Source: Gammaproteobacteria bacterium
GTDB taxonomy: Bacteria; Pseudomonadota; Gammaproteobacteria; Pseudomonadales; Porticoccaceae
Direction of reading: 5' to 3'
Assembly (NCBI GenBank): GCA_963855085.1
Contig: CAWLBR010000001.1
Location: 1 to 55,019, forward strand
DNA length: 55,019 bases
Shown here piece by piece: positions 29,892 through 40,315 of the stretch; positions within the stretch are counted from its first letter, which is position 1; every line of letters begins with the position of its first letter. The position numbers were made by a program, and so were the translations under genes. The notes beneath the pieces are model-generated. The model saw only the letters and a list, made by a program, of their open reading frames with translations. It had not been told where the DNA came from and searched no databases.

Positions 29892-29954
29892 CTAGTTGCG
29901 CCAACGCCAAGTGTGACAATTGCTGTCAAACTGTTTAGAACTCGAACCTTTCAC
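29892..29954 (-). CDS. trpL: Trp leader peptide (20 aa, MKGSSSKQFDSNCHTWRWRN)
   Basis: GGGGA RBS, GTG start, TGG-CGT-TGG-CGC near the end, stop 61 nt upstream of trpE; hairpin AGGCGT-N4-ACGCCT (29868-29883) follows. Confidence 0.8.
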   Translation of the reverse strand: MKGSSSKQFDSNCHTWRWRN

Positions 29955-30098
29955 AAACTATCCCCGAAACTTAAGTTGCTATTGTAAGCATTTGCACCGA
30001 CGCGACAACCGTCAGTGCGAAAGATTATCAATTAACCCTGCTTTCTATGAGCTATAGGTACTTTTTACGCTGCAGGCACTTGATGAACTGTGGGCACT

Positions 30099-30767
30099 TT
30101 ATGCCTGCGCCAACTCGCGGCGCATCTTGGCAATAACCTCAGCATAGTCATCAGCGCCATAGATTGCCGAACCGGCGACAAAGGTATCAGCACCTGCCGC
30201 AGCAATCTCGCGAATATTGTTTACGGTTACACCGCCATCTATCTCTAGCCGAATATCATGGCCACTGCTATCGATCAGCTGTCGCGCTGCTGCTAATTTA
30301 TCCAGTGTAGCTGGAATAAATTTCTGACCGCCAAAACCTGGGTTAACTGACATCAGTAACAGCATATCCATTCGGTCCATCACCCAGCGTACAGTTTCTA
30401 GACTGGTTGCTGGATTTAATACCAAGCCGGCCTTACAGCCAAGATCGCGAATCAGCTGCAGTGAGCGATCTACGTGATTGGAGGCTTCGGGATGGAAGGT
30501 AATGTAAGTTGCGCCAACATCGGCAAACATGCGGATCAGATCATCCACCGGCTGCACCATCAGATGCACATCGATTGGTGCGGTGACACCATGGTCGCGC
30601 AGTGCTTTACAGACCATAGGCCCGATCGTCAGGTTGGGCACATAATGGTTGTCCATAACATCGAAGTGGACAACATCTGCACCGGCTTCAAGAACGGCAT
30701 CAACCTCTTCGCCGAGGCGGGCAAAGTTGGCAGATAGGATGGATGGAGCAATCAAAAAATCAGTCAT
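30099..30767 (-). CDS. rpe: Ribulose-phosphate 3-epimerase
   Basis: [41 protein letters not shown]. Confidence 0.98.
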   Translation of the reverse strand: MTDFLIAPSILSANFARLGEEVDAVLEAGADVVHFDVMDNHYVPNLTIGPMVCKALRDHGVTAPIDVHLMVQPVDDLIRMFADVGATYITFHPEASNHVDRSLQLIRDLGCKAGLVLNPATSLETVRWVMDRMDMLLLMSVNPGFGGQKFIPATLDKLAAARQLIDSSGHDIRLEIDGGVTVNNIREIAAAGADTFVAGSAIYGADDYAEVIAKMRRELAQA

Positions 30768-30870
30768 ATAACACCAGGAGTCAATTCAGGCACAATCATG
30801 CGGGACTTCGGTATGGGGTGCAAATACTTTGCCTGTGAAAGAGGCTTGAGCCTCAAGAAAAGCCCAAAAG

Positions 30871-30902
30871 AAAAAAGACCATCTGTTTCCAAATGGTCTT
30901 TT
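30871..30902 (-). terminator. Rho-independent terminator after the EF-hand gene
   Basis: AAAAGACCAT...ATGGTCTTTT stem, T-run on the minus strand. Confidence 0.8.
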
Positions 30903-30925
30903 CACGGCTGACAACTTATTGTGGC

Positions 30926-31240
30926 TTAGTGGTGCTTTTGCTGATGCTTTTCTTTCATTTTCTCTCGATGTTGCTGCTTGGCTGCGCGAGCCTCTTCTTC
31001 CGTTAGAGAGCCATCGGCATCGCTGTCCATTTTCGAGAAACGCTCACGGCGCTTATCCGCCATTCCCTCCAGAGCCTGTTCGTGCTCCTCAGTGGAAACG
31101 ACACCGTCACCATCTTGATCCGCATGCTTAAACATACTTTTATGATGACTAGCTTTGCCTTGGTGATCACCGCCGTGGTGATCGGCAACAGCTCCCAGAG
31201 AGAACCCAGCCAACAGTGTTAAAACCAGTAAATTACGCAT
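30926..31240 (-). CDS. Small secreted His-rich EF-hand protein
   Basis: Signal peptide (AVA/D), EF loops DQDGDGVVSTEE and DSDADGSLTEEE; GAGG RBS. Confidence 0.85.
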   Translation of the reverse strand: MRNLLVLTLLAGFSLGAVADHHGGDHQGKASHHKSMFKHADQDGDGVVSTEEHEQALEGMADKRRERFSKMDSDADGSLTEEEARAAKQQHREKMKEKHQQKHH

Positions 31241-31260
31241 AAAACCACCTCTTAATTAGA

Positions 31261-31309
31261 TTAGTAGAGCCTTTTTAGTAGGGCCTTTTTAGCACAGTCT
31301 TTTTAGAAC
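31261..31309. repeat. 14-bp tandem repeat x3.5
   Basis: TTAGTAGAGCCTTT / TTAGTAGGGCCTTT / TTAGCACAGTCTTT / TTAGAAC. Confidence 0.8.
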
Positions 31310-31335
31310 GTCAGACCCTACCAATCGGTTGACAC

Positions 31336-32958
31336 TCAAGAGTAGGAATAGTCCTTAAACTGGTCACGCAGATCTTTCTTACTGATTTTTCCGGTTGCTG
31401 TGTGCGGAATTTCCTCGACAAAAACACAGTCACCAGGTATCCACCACTTGGCGATCTTGCCCTCAAGGGAAGCTAGAATAGCCTCCTTATCGGGGTTAGA
31501 TCCTTCCACCGGAATGACAATCAGCAATGGTCGCTCGGTCCACTTCGGGTCCGACACGCCGATAACCGCTGCCTCTTGAACATCTGGGTGGCCCATGGCG
31601 GCATTCTCAACATCAATAGAGCTGATCCACTCGCCACCGGATTTAATCACATCTTTAATACGGTCGGTAATGGTCACATAACCCTGTTCATCTATAGCGG
31701 CCATATCGCCAGTGTTAAACCAGCCGTCTTCATCTACTGCTGGTTTGTCATCGAGACGGTAGTAGCCGCTGCAGACCCAGGGGCCTTTTACTAGCAATAC
31801 ACCAGAGGCAACGCCATCCCAGGGCAGCTCGTTGTTATCACCATCGACAATTTTCATTTCAACACCAAAGACCACACGGCCAGCTCGAACACGCCAGCTA
31901 TCCTGCTCTTCTTGGGTGCCATCCTGCATCCACTCCTGGGGTCGATTGTAGGATCCGAGCGGACTCATTTCAGTCATGCCCCAACCCATATGGACCATAA
32001 TGCCGTGGCGTTCCATTTCCTGCATCAGTGACAGCGGGCACGCGGATCCACCAGAGACTACAGACTTAAGCGACTCTACGGTTTTTCCTGTGGCATTAAG
32101 GTAACCCACCAGGGCCAGCCACACTGTGGGCACGCCGAGAGAGTAGTTCACTTTTTCTGAGTTAATCAGTTTGGTCAGGGTTTCACCGTCGGCCATTTTC
32201 GGCCCTGGGAACACCAGCTTGGCGCCAACCATCGGACCGTTGTAGGCCGTTCCCCAGGCGTTAACATGGAACATTGGCACTATGGGCATCACCACATCTT
32301 GCATAGAGAGGTTCATCACTTCTGGCGTTGAGCCAACAATGGAGTGTAAAACCGTACTGCGGTGACTGTAGAGAACACCCTTAGGGTTGCCTGTGGTACC
32401 AGAGGTGTAACACATGGAGCTGGCGCTATTCTCTTCCAAATCTGGCCACTCAAAACTATCTGGCTCGCCTTCAATAAAGGTCTCGTAGCAGTGGGCATTT
32501 TTAAGACTGGTCTCCGGCATGTTTGCCGCATCAGTCATTACCACAAAGCCTTTGACGGTAGAAAGCTTATCTTGAAGCTGCTCCAACAGAGGCACAAACA
32601 TGGGGTCAGTGAAGATAAACTGATCTTCCGCATGATTGATAATATATTCGATCTGCTCTGGAAAAAGACGCGGGTTAACCGTATGACAGACCTGTCCTGA
32701 ACAAGAGATTGCGTAGTAGAGTTCAAAGTGACGGTAGTCATTCCAGGCTAGAGTGGCGATCCGGTCTCCTGAGTCAAAACCCACCTTTTGAAGAGCATTA
32801 GCCATCTGACGCACACGTCGAAAGGCATCTTTATAGGTGTATTTGTGCAGCGGATTGTCGCCAGTTACTGAAACAATTTCGCTCTTCCCGTTGATTCGAT
32901 CAGCGTGTTTCATTATCGACGTTATAGTCAGCTGGGAGTCCATCATTAAGCCATTCAT
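31336..32958 (-). CDS. Acyl-CoA ligase (medium-chain fatty acid / DmdB-like)
   Basis: [47 protein letters not shown]. Confidence 0.9.
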   Translation of the reverse strand: MNGLMMDSQLTITSIMKHADRINGKSEIVSVTGDNPLHKYTYKDAFRRVRQMANALQKVGFDSGDRIATLAWNDYRHFELYYAISCSGQVCHTVNPRLFPEQIEYIINHAEDQFIFTDPMFVPLLEQLQDKLSTVKGFVVMTDAANMPETSLKNAHCYETFIEGEPDSFEWPDLEENSASSMCYTSGTTGNPKGVLYSHRSTVLHSIVGSTPEVMNLSMQDVVMPIVPMFHVNAWGTAYNGPMVGAKLVFPGPKMADGETLTKLINSEKVNYSLGVPTVWLALVGYLNATGKTVESLKSVVSGGSACPLSLMQEMERHGIMVHMGWGMTEMSPLGSYNRPQEWMQDGTQEEQDSWRVRAGRVVFGVEMKIVDGDNNELPWDGVASGVLLVKGPWVCSGYYRLDDKPAVDEDGWFNTGDMAAIDEQGYVTITDRIKDVIKSGGEWISSIDVENAAMGHPDVQEAAVIGVSDPKWTERPLLIVIPVEGSNPDKEAILASLEGKIAKWWIPGDCVFVEEIPHTATGKISKKDLRDQFKDYSYS

Positions 32959-32977
32959 GCTCTGTTCCTTAAGGTGT

Positions 32978-33007
32978 CTTTCTTATTATGGTTTTAATTA
33001 TTATTGT
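32978..33007 (-). promoter_or_regulatory. A-rich (ARN)n leader, candidate Hfq/Crc site
   Basis: ACAAUAAUAAUUAAAACCAUAAUAAGAAAG just upstream of the AAGGA RBS. Confidence 0.5.
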
Positions 33008-33117
33008 AGGGTCAGAGCTAAGACTAACATTGAGGCAGGCTGCTTAATACTATTAATCTGTGGACGGCAGGTCACCCCACCCTGTGAGGATACAGAGCAG
33101 GGATTGTGTTCAGAGAA

Positions 33118-33612
33118 TTAATTACTGGTTGTGGGAATGCTGCGCAGGTGAATTTCAATCTCTTCGAAATCGGGCAAGTCCAAGTGCTGGCCATCGAGGT
33201 CAAAGCTCAAACTGATACAGGTGGCGATTTCCACTTCGTCCTGAGCCGATAGAGCGCTGTCTTCCTCAACTTTAATCGTATGGGGAAATCCTTTGCAAAT
33301 AATCGCATAGTAGCGATGCTCATGCCCTTCTACCAGGCTATTTAGCACCACAATACGTGTGCTGCTACCGAAATCTTTGCAGGGTTTTGCCTGCTGCAGA
33401 GCAGCAAAATCGATCAACGGAATAGTGAGATTGCGCCATTTAATCCAGCCGCACATCCACTGAGGTTTTTCTTCGTCGGCAATCAGCTCCTGATTGAGAA
33501 TAATCTCGGCGATGGCCGGCATGGGAACCAATAGGTTTGAGTGCCCTGTATTGATCGACAGGCAGTCGACCTGAGCAATAGGATTTTTTTGATCTAGAAA
33601 AAACAAACTCAT
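33118..33612 (-). CDS. chpC: CheW-like protein ChpC
   Basis: LLVPMPAIAEI, GWIKWRNLTIPLIDF; last gene of the Pil-Chp cluster. Confidence 0.8.
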   Translation of the reverse strand: MSLFFLDQKNPIAQVDCLSINTGHSNLLVPMPAIAEIILNQELIADEEKPQWMCGWIKWRNLTIPLIDFAALQQAKPCKDFGSSTRIVVLNSLVEGHEHRYYAIICKGFPHTIKVEEDSALSAQDEVEIATCISLSFDLDGQHLDLPDFEEIEIHLRSIPTTSN

Positions 33613-34229
33613 TGGCTACAAGCCTCCATTTGAATAACGTCTGCATTAAATTTTTTCGCAAGCTCTTCAACAGTCCCAATAAAATCGGTGTTGCAGCGCT
33701 GAATTACTGCTTGAGGCATGGCCGACACTGTGCAAGCAGTCGGCTCCTGAACCCAGACCTGCCCCCCATACTGCTTGATCGCCTGACAGCCTCTGGCGCC
33801 ATCATCACCCATACCTGTAAATATAATGGCTCCGCAATCGCGCCTGTATAACAGAGCCAGGCGATTGGCTAACTGGTCGATGGAGGGTGCGTAATGGCCC
33901 TGCCATGAAGATGCAAAGCGCAATATCCAACCCTGTCGACTCACTCGGGTCTCAAACTCTGGGGATATCAGCGTCACTGTGCCGGGTTTTATAAACTCTC
34001 CTGTAGCCGCCACTCTTGCCCGCCAGCCGGTATGAGTTTCTATCATCTTCACTAAAACCCCTACCTGCTGCACCCCTATATGTTGAGCATAGACGAAAGC
34101 TAGATCGTCGCGCGGAGGAATTTGACTTAGAAACTGACGGATAGCCTGCAGGCCTCCAGTAGACGCTCCCAGCAACCAGACTTTTTTAGCCTTGCCCTGG
34201 GCTTTCCCTTTGGCCTTTGGCTGGTGCAT
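33609..34229 (-). CDS. chpB: CheB-type methylesterase, catalytic domain only
   Basis: GASTGG, AQHI, PSID, TGMGDDG, SAMP. Confidence 0.87.
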   Translation of the reverse strand: MHQPKAKGKAQGKAKKVWLLGASTGGLQAIRQFLSQIPPRDDLAFVYAQHIGVQQVGVLVKMIETHTGWRARVAATGEFIKPGTVTLISPEFETRVSRQGWILRFASSWQGHYAPSIDQLANRLALLYRRDCGAIIFTGMGDDGARGCQAIKQYGGQVWVQEPTACTVSAMPQAVIQRCNTDFIGTVEELAKKFNADVIQMEACSQ

Positions 34230-34237
34230 AGGTTGCT

Positions 34238-37200
34238 CTAAGTTTGCGTGGAAAGCAGCTCGCCCAGTGTCTCCAACAAGTGCTCCTCTTGATAGGGCTT
34301 GCCCATATAGTGGTCGACACCCAGTTCCATGGCGCGTTGCCGATGCTTATCACCAGTTCGCGAGGTAATCATAATAATTGGAATATTACGCAACTCATCG
34401 CTGGCACGAACCCGGGTGGCAACTTCAAAACCATCCATTCGCGGCATCTCAATATCCAGCAGGATTACCGCGGGGATCTCATCTTGCATTGCCTTTAAGG
34501 CTTCAATACCGTCTTTAGCCGTCAGCACTTTATAGCCTTGGCGCCGCAGAATACGGCTGGTGACTTTTCGCACCGTAACCGAGTCATCCACCACCAATAT
34601 ACTGGTTGAGGCCTCATTGGTTGAGCGCGAGTCATGTTCAAGCATTTTGTCACCGCTCTGGCCAATACGCGGCAGATCGACAATGGACACTCGCGCTAAC
34701 TCATTGAGATCAATAATCACAACTACCTGACCATCACTCAAAATAGTCGCGCCGCCCAATCCTGGAACACTGGAAAACTGAGATCCTATGGTCTTCACAA
34801 CAATCTCTTTAGTGCCAATAATTTCATCAACCTGTACCGCAAAGCGTCGATTATCGGAATGGAACAGCACCAGAGCAGCGTCCTCATCGAGACTGTCTGG
34901 CCGCTTTAAAATCTCTGGGTTGAGCAAGGTTCCCAGATAACAGAGTTCATAATCCACACCGCCGTAATTGATCAAACTGCCATTGGCCACAGCTTCATCC
35001 ACAGCACTGCGCAGCATATAGTGAACGCCATCAATTGAGTTGAGGGACAAGCCGTAATGATCACCAGTGACATTGATCATCAGTGCGCGGTTAACCGATA
35101 AGGTAAAGGGCAAGACTATGGTGAACTGAGTGCCAAAACCCGCCGAGGTTTCAATATCTACCCGACCACCGCATTGGCGCACTTCACTATTGACCACATC
35201 TAGTCCGACACCGCGGCCAGATATCTGACTCACTGAGTCAGATGTTGTAAAGCCGGGATGAAAAATAAACTGAGCAATTTCATAGGCTGATAGCGCAGCA
35301 TCCTCTGCCATCAGATCTTTCTCTAGGGCGCGGCGACGAATCTTTTCCACATTTAAACCGCGACCATCATCAGCCAAGTGGATAACGATGTCGCCACCTT
35401 GGCGATAGGTGGTAATAACAATACTGCCACTCGCTGGCTTGCCCGCTTTTAAGCGCTCGGCTTCAGTTTCTATACCGTGATCCACGGAGTTACGGATCAT
35501 ATGTTCTAGGGGGGCGACCATCCGATCGAGAACCGATCTATCCATCTCTCCCTGAATATTATCCATGCGCAATTCAACTTTTTTACCCAGCTCTATGCCC
35601 ACCTGCCGAACAATGCGACGCAGTCGCGGAACAATTCTGGCGAAGGGAACCATGCGGGTTTTCATCAAGCCTTCTTGCAGGTCAGTGTTGATCCGTGACT
35701 GATGTAAAAGTAGAGTTTCGGTGCCAATTAATTTTTCATTCAGCGTTTCTTTGAGATCGTGTAAATCAGATGCGGACTCCATCAGCGAGCCGGTCAACTG
35801 CTGTAAGTGCGAGTAGCGATCCATCTCTAGTGGATCAAAATTATCCGCCTCACCCGAGGCTTCAATCTGCTCGCGACGGTAATCAATCTGCGCTTCGGTT
35901 TCAGTGCCCAGGCGTCTGACCTGCCCCTGAAGGCGATCCACTGTGGCATCCATTTCATCGAGGAACTGAGTGAACTCACTGAGCTGTTCTTCGACTCGGC
36001 CGCGGAAAATAATATTTTCTCCGGACAGATTAACTAGAGTATCCAATACCTCGGCACCAATTCGAACAACCTCTTTGATTTCACCTTGAATGGCATTCTG
36101 ATCAAACACAGACTTTTGCTTTGCACCAGAGGAACCTGATAATGCCTGCGTTGACTCACCCGACTTTTCGGCCTCCGGGATAGCCAGAGATTTCATGAAA
36201 TCAGCGGCAGAGTGAGCGCTGTCCTGACTGTTACTCTCACCCTGATCATCGGCAGCGATATCTGTATCCGCTAGGTCGCCCTGTTCAAAATCAACCAGCT
36301 GTTTACGCAGCGCGTTGATATCGCCACCCCGAGCCATCTGCCGAACAATATCGTAGACGCTGACCAACATTTCCTGATGAGAAATAATCGCCTTAAAAAA
36401 GCGCTTGTCGTAATCTTTGGTGTCGTCGACTAGGGATTCGATGGCGTGGGCTCGATCTCCCAACCCATTAAACCCAGCCATACGCGCACCGCCCTTTAAG
36501 GTGTGCAAGTCGCGCTTGAGTCGATCCGCCAGTTCGATCTCTTTGGGGCTGGATCGCCAGGCCATCACTAACTCTTCAATATGGCTGACAATATCATCTG
36601 CCTCTTCCACAAAGACGCCGACAATTTCATTGTCGAGCTCTATATCAACCAATGACATTGAGCTAGAGGCAGTTGCTGCAGGTTCACAAATAAGTGCACC
36701 CTTAGGTTCGTCTTCGCAGCTCTCATCACTGCCATCCAAATCGATCAATGGTTGGCCAATATTTTCTTCTGGGAGTATTAGTTCAGGCTCATCAGATATT
36801 ATCGGCTGATCATCTTCGGACTGCTCTTTAACAGGGAGTGTCGTAACAGGAAGTGTCGTAACCGGGAGTATCTCGACAGGTTCTTCGACAGCGCTTGTAG
36901 CGGACACTTGATCTTCAGAGACCTTAGTTACCTCGACCTTTTCTGCTAACTGCTCGGTAAGTTGCTTTTCTATATCCCCTAAACGTTTTTTGTCTGCATC
37001 AGATATTGAACTTAAATCCTGATCTGCAGCGAGCATATCAAAGAGATTCAATAGATCTTCATGGCTCTCTCTCAATGTATCTATAACAACCTGATCGGGT
37101 ACCGAACCTATGTCCAACAGCAGGCTATAAATCGGTGCCATCAGTCCAGAAAGCTCTAGGATAGGCGCTATATCCGCATCTACAAGCTGTTCCTGAATCG

Positions 37201-40200
37201 CTTGCAAATCAGCCAGCAGTTGATTGAAAACAACTCTAGGCGGAGCGGTTTGGCGCTGGAGATAATCGTACAGAGCAGGATAATTTTGTAGCGCTAGGAG
37301 TCCTTCCGCCATCAGCCGTTTGACTGCGGAAAAATCCTTGCCGTCACTATCGTTATTGGCGCCGCGCAATAGATGGCCAACGGCTTTTTCACGCAACTCT
37401 GACAGCCTTGCACGGAACAGCTTCAGCCCATGCAGTTCGATTAATTCACCGCCTGTCATTCGCGCAAGAATGGCACGGAAAAAATCTGCCGCATCTTCAA
37501 CTAGGTGGACAATATCTTCATCGAGACAAATCTGGTGGTGATGTAATTCTTTAACGAACTCTTCAAGAGGTGTAACCAACTCACTCAGCTCTGAGAAGTC
37601 GGCCATTTCTGCAGTACCTTTTAAGGTGTGCAATGCTCGCTGGAGTGCCAGAGAGGGTGTTTTATAGAGTGGTGCGGAGCTGCGAGTTTGTAAGACAAAA
37701 TCGTCAATGGTTTTTAAATGGCCCTGAGCTTCGTTGACGAACATCTCTAACAATATGGCTTCGTGCTCTCCTTCATCATCAAACTCATGGGCATTTACCT
37801 GAGTCTCGACTGGATCCTGCTGATCGACAATCTCTGGTTTGCTTTCAACTTCTATAGTCACATTCGGGTCTTCGAGCTCTTCAGTACCAGGTTCTTCAAC
37901 ACCAAGATCATCAGCAACGAGCTCTTCAACGTCAAGCGCCTCAACCTCAACTTTTTCTTGCGGCTCTGGCTCGACATTAGAAGTGGCGTCTAGACCCAAT
38001 AATGCGGCGGCTAGTGGGCTCATGGCTTCGCTATTAGCGAGTGATTTAGCCGCTTCAGTAATAGCCTTTATGCGCTGCTCTGGATCTTCATCTGGCTGAT
38101 TCGCGGCAAAAGCAGGGACCATTTCTGTAATTGATTCAACCGCCATAGCCGAAACATCAACCATCATCTCAGTACATTTTAAGCGCCCATTAGTGACGCC
38201 ATTCAACAGCTCTTCAATCGACCAAGCTAAGTCTCCGATGGCCATGGCGCCGACCATGCGGCCGCTGCCTTTTAGGGTATGAAACGAACGTCGGGCAGTA
38301 GCCAGTAACTCTTCATCCTGCAGCTGACTTTTCCACTGGGGTAATAATGCAGTCAGGGTCCCGAGAACTTCATCGGCCTCTTCGACAAAAATTTCGATTA
38401 TTTCTGGGTCAACAATATATTCATCATCTTGGTCTTCAGAAAATGATTTAGATTGTGAAGCATCATCAGCTTTTGATTCTGAATTTTGGCCTATATGTGT
38501 TTCTTCAAACAAAACCAATTCATCAATAATTTCTTCAGGCTCAGCGTGGAAATCGGTTTCGTCGGACGCCGCATGCTGCACCTGTGATTGCTCTGCTTCG
38601 CCTTCCTGTAGCAGGGAGTAAACGCTCTCTTCTGCAGCGATCAAAACATCATCTTGTTCGGTATCACTATTATTATGGTTATCAGCGGGTAATTGCTCGA
38701 GATAGTATTCAACAATGGTGATTGCATCAGCAAACGTGTCCAGAGCATGCCACTCCAATTGCTGGCTCTGTTCTGCAATAAGCTTTTCAACATAGCTTGT
38801 ACAGCCCGTTACAACCGATGCCGCTCGGGACAATCCTATAATCTGCAGGGCGCCCTGGAGCTGGTTAAACATACCCGGCACATGAGAGAGTAATTGTAAA
38901 TCCCACTGGGAATTTATAAAGGCAACAACAGCTTCTTTGATACGTTCAATGCCTGTGCGCGACTCAGCTAAAAGTACCTGACTGGCGCTGTCGAACTCAA
39001 ATTGATTCTGCTGGCTATCCAGATCTACTGTACCTGAAAATTTATCGGGACTAGCGGCCCAGGTATTTAAGGCTAATTCTATTTCAGCAAGACTTTGAAC
39101 TGCATCGGCAATATCCTGATCTTCGACTCCCGAGGCTTCTGTAGAGAAAATTTGGTGTAACTTTGTATCTACATTAGTCGTCGCATCACGCAGTTTTCCC
39201 TGACCTACCAGGGCCAGAGTGTCGGCCATGTTGGCGAGTACTGGCAGAGCCTCTCTAACTTCGTCAGCAGAGAGTCCGCCCTCAATTGAAAACCTTTCTA
39301 GGGCGGAGCGCACGGTGGCCAATTCACCTTGAATTGCCACAACTAGAGATCGGACAACCAACGGATCATACTGTGGCACTAAGCGCCCATGATCTGGATT
39401 GATGGTTCCACTAGGGAAAGCTTCAGCGAGATTATATTTTTCCCAGATAGCCTTCAATGCATCGGAAGCCGGCTGGATTGTCGCTAGATAATAGAGCAGG
39501 TTCTTAAACAGTGCGTTCTCTGGAGCACTGTATTGCCCTAGGGCGACTTCCTTGGCCTGAAGTTTTAATTGGGTATCCAGTGTTCGAAAAAGTTTTTTAA
39601 GTGCCAGGCTAAATTTGATTTCGCCGGATGCCACTAACTTGATAGTTTCACCGGAAACAGACCATAAATTTTGACGCCAGCTATCTTTTGAAAGTTCCTG
39701 CATGCGCTGTAGGACTTTCTCAAGATTGGAATAATTAGCCGCTTTTCCCTGGTCTTTTATCACTTTTATTAACGATAACTGATAGACCTGACGCAGACGT
39801 TTTATCATATCGCTGGTTGGAGAGTTGGGGTCGGCCGCAGCCTGATTCTCACCTAGGTTTTTTAAGCTAGATATATCCGGTGAAAATAAAACCCCTTCTG
39901 AGACTAGGGACTGCCCCTGTGCAGCGCGCAAGTCATTTAACAATAGAATCAGTGTCTCGGGACGGTCTTCTCGATTGGACAGTATCTGTCGAAGATAGAT
40001 TGGCAACTTAACAATGGCCTGAACCAAAATTTCGCAGGCTTCATTAATATTGGACACTTTTCTATCAATAATGGCCTGGGTTAAAGCTTCCATTTCTTCA
40101 ACTAAAAAAATGCAGCCTTCGTATTCCAGTATTTTAAACGGACCGGTTATTTGATGCAGGTGGCCAAGACAAAAACGTATTTTTGTTTCATCACTATTAT

Positions 40201-40315
40201 TCTGAGTGAACGCTTCCAGCTCATTAAAGGCAGCGTCCAGACTATTTTCAATTTCGCCTATTAGCCATTCAAGCCCGGTGAATGTCTTGATTCTTTTTAT
40301 TTGAACCTCGCTCAT
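34238..40315 (-). CDS. chpA: Chemosensory kinase ChpA (multi-Hpt, HATPase, CheW, REC)
   Basis: Three HTLKG Hpt motifs, FDPLEMDRYS, HMIRNSVDHGIE, SGRGVGLDVV, C-terminal VVDDS...LLDIEMPRMDG. Confidence 0.95.
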   Translation of the reverse strand: MSEVQIKRIKTFTGLEWLIGEIENSLDAAFNELEAFTQNNSDETKIRFCLGHLHQITGPFKILEYEGCIFLVEEMEALTQAIIDRKVSNINEACEILVQAIVKLPIYLRQILSNREDRPETLILLLNDLRAAQGQSLVSEGVLFSPDISSLKNLGENQAAADPNSPTSDMIKRLRQVYQLSLIKVIKDQGKAANYSNLEKVLQRMQELSKDSWRQNLWSVSGETIKLVASGEIKFSLALKKLFRTLDTQLKLQAKEVALGQYSAPENALFKNLLYYLATIQPASDALKAIWEKYNLAEAFPSGTINPDHGRLVPQYDPLVVRSLVVAIQGELATVRSALERFSIEGGLSADEVREALPVLANMADTLALVGQGKLRDATTNVDTKLHQIFSTEASGVEDQDIADAVQSLAEIELALNTWAASPDKFSGTVDLDSQQNQFEFDSASQVLLAESRTGIERIKEAVVAFINSQWDLQLLSHVPGMFNQLQGALQIIGLSRAASVVTGCTSYVEKLIAEQSQQLEWHALDTFADAITIVEYYLEQLPADNHNNSDTEQDDVLIAAEESVYSLLQEGEAEQSQVQHAASDETDFHAEPEEIIDELVLFEETHIGQNSESKADDASQSKSFSEDQDDEYIVDPEIIEIFVEEADEVLGTLTALLPQWKSQLQDEELLATARRSFHTLKGSGRMVGAMAIGDLAWSIEELLNGVTNGRLKCTEMMVDVSAMAVESITEMVPAFAANQPDEDPEQRIKAITEAAKSLANSEAMSPLAAALLGLDATSNVEPEPQEKVEVEALDVEELVADDLGVEEPGTEELEDPNVTIEVESKPEIVDQQDPVETQVNAHEFDDEGEHEAILLEMFVNEAQGHLKTIDDFVLQTRSSAPLYKTPSLALQRALHTLKGTAEMADFSELSELVTPLEEFVKELHHHQICLDEDIVHLVEDAADFFRAILARMTGGELIELHGLKLFRARLSELREKAVGHLLRGANNDSDGKDFSAVKRLMAEGLLALQNYPALYDYLQRQTAPPRVVFNQLLADLQAIQEQLVDADIAPILELSGLMAPIYSLLLDIGSVPDQVVIDTLRESHEDLLNLFDMLAADQDLSSISDADKKRLGDIEKQLTEQLAEKVEVTKVSEDQVSATSAVEEPVEILPVTTLPVTTLPVKEQSEDDQPIISDEPELILPEENIGQPLIDLDGSDESCEDEPKGALICEPAATASSSMSLVDIELDNEIVGVFVEEADDIVSHIEELVMAWRSSPKEIELADRLKRDLHTLKGGARMAGFNGLGDRAHAIESLVDDTKDYDKRFFKAIISHQEMLVSVYDIVRQMARGGDINALRKQLVDFEQGDLADTDIAADDQGESNSQDSAHSAADFMKSLAIPEAEKSGESTQALSGSSGAKQKSVFDQNAIQGEIKEVVRIGAEVLDTLVNLSGENIIFRGRVEEQLSEFTQFLDEMDATVDRLQGQVRRLGTETEAQIDYRREQIEASGEADNFDPLEMDRYSHLQQLTGSLMESASDLHDLKETLNEKLIGTETLLLHQSRINTDLQEGLMKTRMVPFARIVPRLRRIVRQVGIELGKKVELRMDNIQGEMDRSVLDRMVAPLEHMIRNSVDHGIETEAERLKAGKPASGSIVITTYRQGGDIVIHLADDGRGLNVEKIRRRALEKDLMAEDAALSAYEIAQFIFHPGFTTSDSVSQISGRGVGLDVVNSEVRQCGGRVDIETSAGFGTQFTIVLPFTLSVNRALMINVTGDHYGLSLNSIDGVHYMLRSAVDEAVANGSLINYGGVDYELCYLGTLLNPEILKRPDSLDEDAALVLFHSDNRRFAVQVDEIIGTKEIVVKTIGSQFSSVPGLGGATILSDGQVVVIIDLNELARVSIVDLPRIGQSGDKMLEHDSRSTNEASTSILVVDDSVTVRKVTSRILRRQGYKVLTAKDGIEALKAMQDEIPAVILLDIEMPRMDGFEVATRVRASDELRNIPIIMITSRTGDKHRQRAMELGVDHYMGKPYQEEHLLETLGELLSTQT
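36831..36880 (-). repeat. In-frame 15-bp repeat in the ChpA linker (PVEILPVTTLPVTTLPV)
   Basis: ACAGGGAGTGTCGTA / ACAGGAAGTGTCGTA / ACCGGGAGTATCTCG. Confidence 0.8.
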
